Origin: Azolla caroliniana
Taxonomy: Eukaryota > Plantae > Polypodiophyta
Length of the DNA: 64,000 bases
Reading direction: 5' to 3'
NCBI GenBank assembly: GCA_043228905.1
Contig: JBHGNT010000001.1
Location: 29,078,001 to 29,142,000, forward strand
The notes below the pieces were generated by a model. It had not been told where the DNA came from, did no database searches, and saw only the letters and a program-made list of their open reading frames with translations. Below, piece by piece: positions 61,993 to 64,000 of this stretch (position 1 is its first letter; each line of letters begins with the position of its first letter). A program made the position numbers and the translations under genes.

Positions 61993-64000
61993 AACATATA
62001 TTTTTTACAGGTGGGTAAACACAAAGAGAAAAAGAATACATAGAGAAACAGATAAAGAGAGTGAGTGAGTGAGTGTGTGTGTGTGTGTGTTAAAGTGGAA
62101 ACACTAAAGAATGGTTATATTATATATATATATATATATATAACACAAATCAATCAATCCATCATTCAATCAATATCGTAGAAGTGCCAGACTATTAGGG
62201 TGGTCCCCCCAACACGCCATGCCATCATCCATGTACATACATACATATATGTATGTATTTGTACATTTCTCTCTAGGCCTTATTTGAGTGTACATGTGAA
62301 CCTTGTACTGTTAATGCTCTCTCGGGATCACATTTTTTCCTGTGTGTCGTGTCTCTGCATAGAACTATTCAAAAACATACATAATTCCGCAATGAGACAA
62401 GACAATGTTTTACCGTGTCATGTTCATGCACTTTAAGTGTGCATTGCAATATACATGAGAGATTAGGAGTCTAGCACATTGTGTCCACACGAAATGTAAA
62501 CGAGGGATCATCTTGATGTGTATGTGTGGCAACACGATGAAGTAGGTGCTCGGAAATGTGGGGCGATTGCTTTTGTGCTTGGGAGCAGTCCCATTGAAGG
62601 AAAAAGTGTTAACCCTTAAGGGTCCCACAAATCATTGTCAAATTCCTTTTTGAGCTTATTTTATGTTGGGTTTTCTAATCTAATCAAATGTGTGTAATTG
62701 TTAAAACTTAAGAATACCTTTTTAAGTTCCAACGTTTGACAACCCATCCTCCTCTCATTATATAGGCACCACACGACACTTACTAACTCTTCTTGTAGAG
62801 AGTAAATTCTCACAAGCTCTAAGCTCATACAAATAGCTAGACCATGAAAAGATTAATGTCTACGATGAAATTGAGCAACGTTGATTTGCTTAATGTCATT
62901 GCATTACACTCTCGTCCAGAACTCGTACAACCTACAGGGAACATCATTAAAAAAAAAACACCTTGATGTCATGTGTCTCTCCAAGTAGTCAGGACTATCA
63001 AACCAACCCCTTACCTATGTATTTGTCATGAATATCGTACCATGTACCCCCTTTCCCTTTTCAATAAGTGTAGTACCCACAATTTTTATTGTACCTTTAT
63101 AAATGTAAGTAACGCGTGCATCATTAAAACTCATACACTAAACAACCTGATTTTATTTATATAAATGTGAATCATCCTTAAGGACTATAAGCAACCACAA
63201 TGTTGTTTGGCCCCATCTCCTTCTAAGTCCCTTACTCTACAATAACTTGATTGTGCCCTTCACGATTTGTCTGTGTCTCTCTTGTTACTATAGAAGAAAA
63301 ACTCAAAGAGATAGGTCAAGGTGCTTTCGCATGCTTTGGGTACCCGGTATGGGGGATGTGAATAACAATATAGTATCATGAGTAAAATATCAACAAAACG
63401 TATCATTGAGTAAAATATAGCAATATCATGGGTACCGTGGATTGACAATTTCCCCAAATTAAATGTTTCATCTTCATAGTTAATCAACTATGCGGCATTA
63501 AGGCAAAAAGAAATGTAAAAAAATCCAGCCATTCATTAGCATTTTGGAACTTGTGAAATTTGACCCAACTTAATACTTCCTAGAAAAATACTTTGAGGAG
63601 TTACCCGATAGAGTTTAGAAAATTCGTGAGAGTAAAAATTCCTTTTACTTGCTGGGTTGAGTTAAAATGAGCATGTAGAGAGAACTTCACACTTGGCTTT
63701 GCTATCAATATATGTGCCTTTCAACTTTGATTTTCGTTATTTTGAAAATTTTATGTTTAAGGAAGTGATATAGGTTGGAAACATATTTCTTGTGAATTTA
63801 ACTAGAGAAAGGTTTTCCAATTTGATATAGTTAATGTTAAATTCACAAATTCTCTTGAGAATTGGAAGTCATGCTTACATACGAGTTGTATTGCCAACAC
63901 GAAATGGAGTTGATTAATTGATTTCACAATATGTATTACCAATGCACCTAGATCAAACATGCAACCAGCCCATCTACATTTTGATGTGCGATGTGTGCCC

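Noticed and set aside
60608-62068. Alternative-frame and antisense ORFs over the IRKI-like gene
   Set aside because: Shadow ORFs caused by high GC. Only the 448-aa minus frame has family motifs.

Overview
Eukaryotic, intron-rich land-plant nuclear DNA. A seed-free vascular plant such as a fern is my inference from the protein divergence, TE-filled introns and RTEX-like LINEs; I cannot prove this. Five genes are supported: the 3' end of an ARMADILLO-REPEAT-ONLY (ARO) gene, a 15-exon MEE44-type non-canonical poly(A) polymerase/terminal nucleotidyltransferase (5106-27962), a TIME FOR COFFEE-like clock regulator (37166-45711), a LEC14B/DCAF11 WD40 gene (minus, 56399-48435) and a single-exon IRKI/GIL1-like gene (minus, 61992-60646). 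Introns and spacers hold RTEX-like and L1 LINE fragments (often embedded in CT/GA microsatellites), Copia remnants, a hAT non-autonomous family (one copy with a perfect 8-bp TSD, a BED-finger relic and tandem tRNA-like units), tRNA-derived SINE-like units, a recent 316-bp tandem array and a mitochondrial insertion (rrn26 plus group II intron-like DNA). I see no clearly novel multi-gene system. The most unusual signals are in the mobile elements and in regulatory features. All family calls come from motifs recognised by eye, not database searches.
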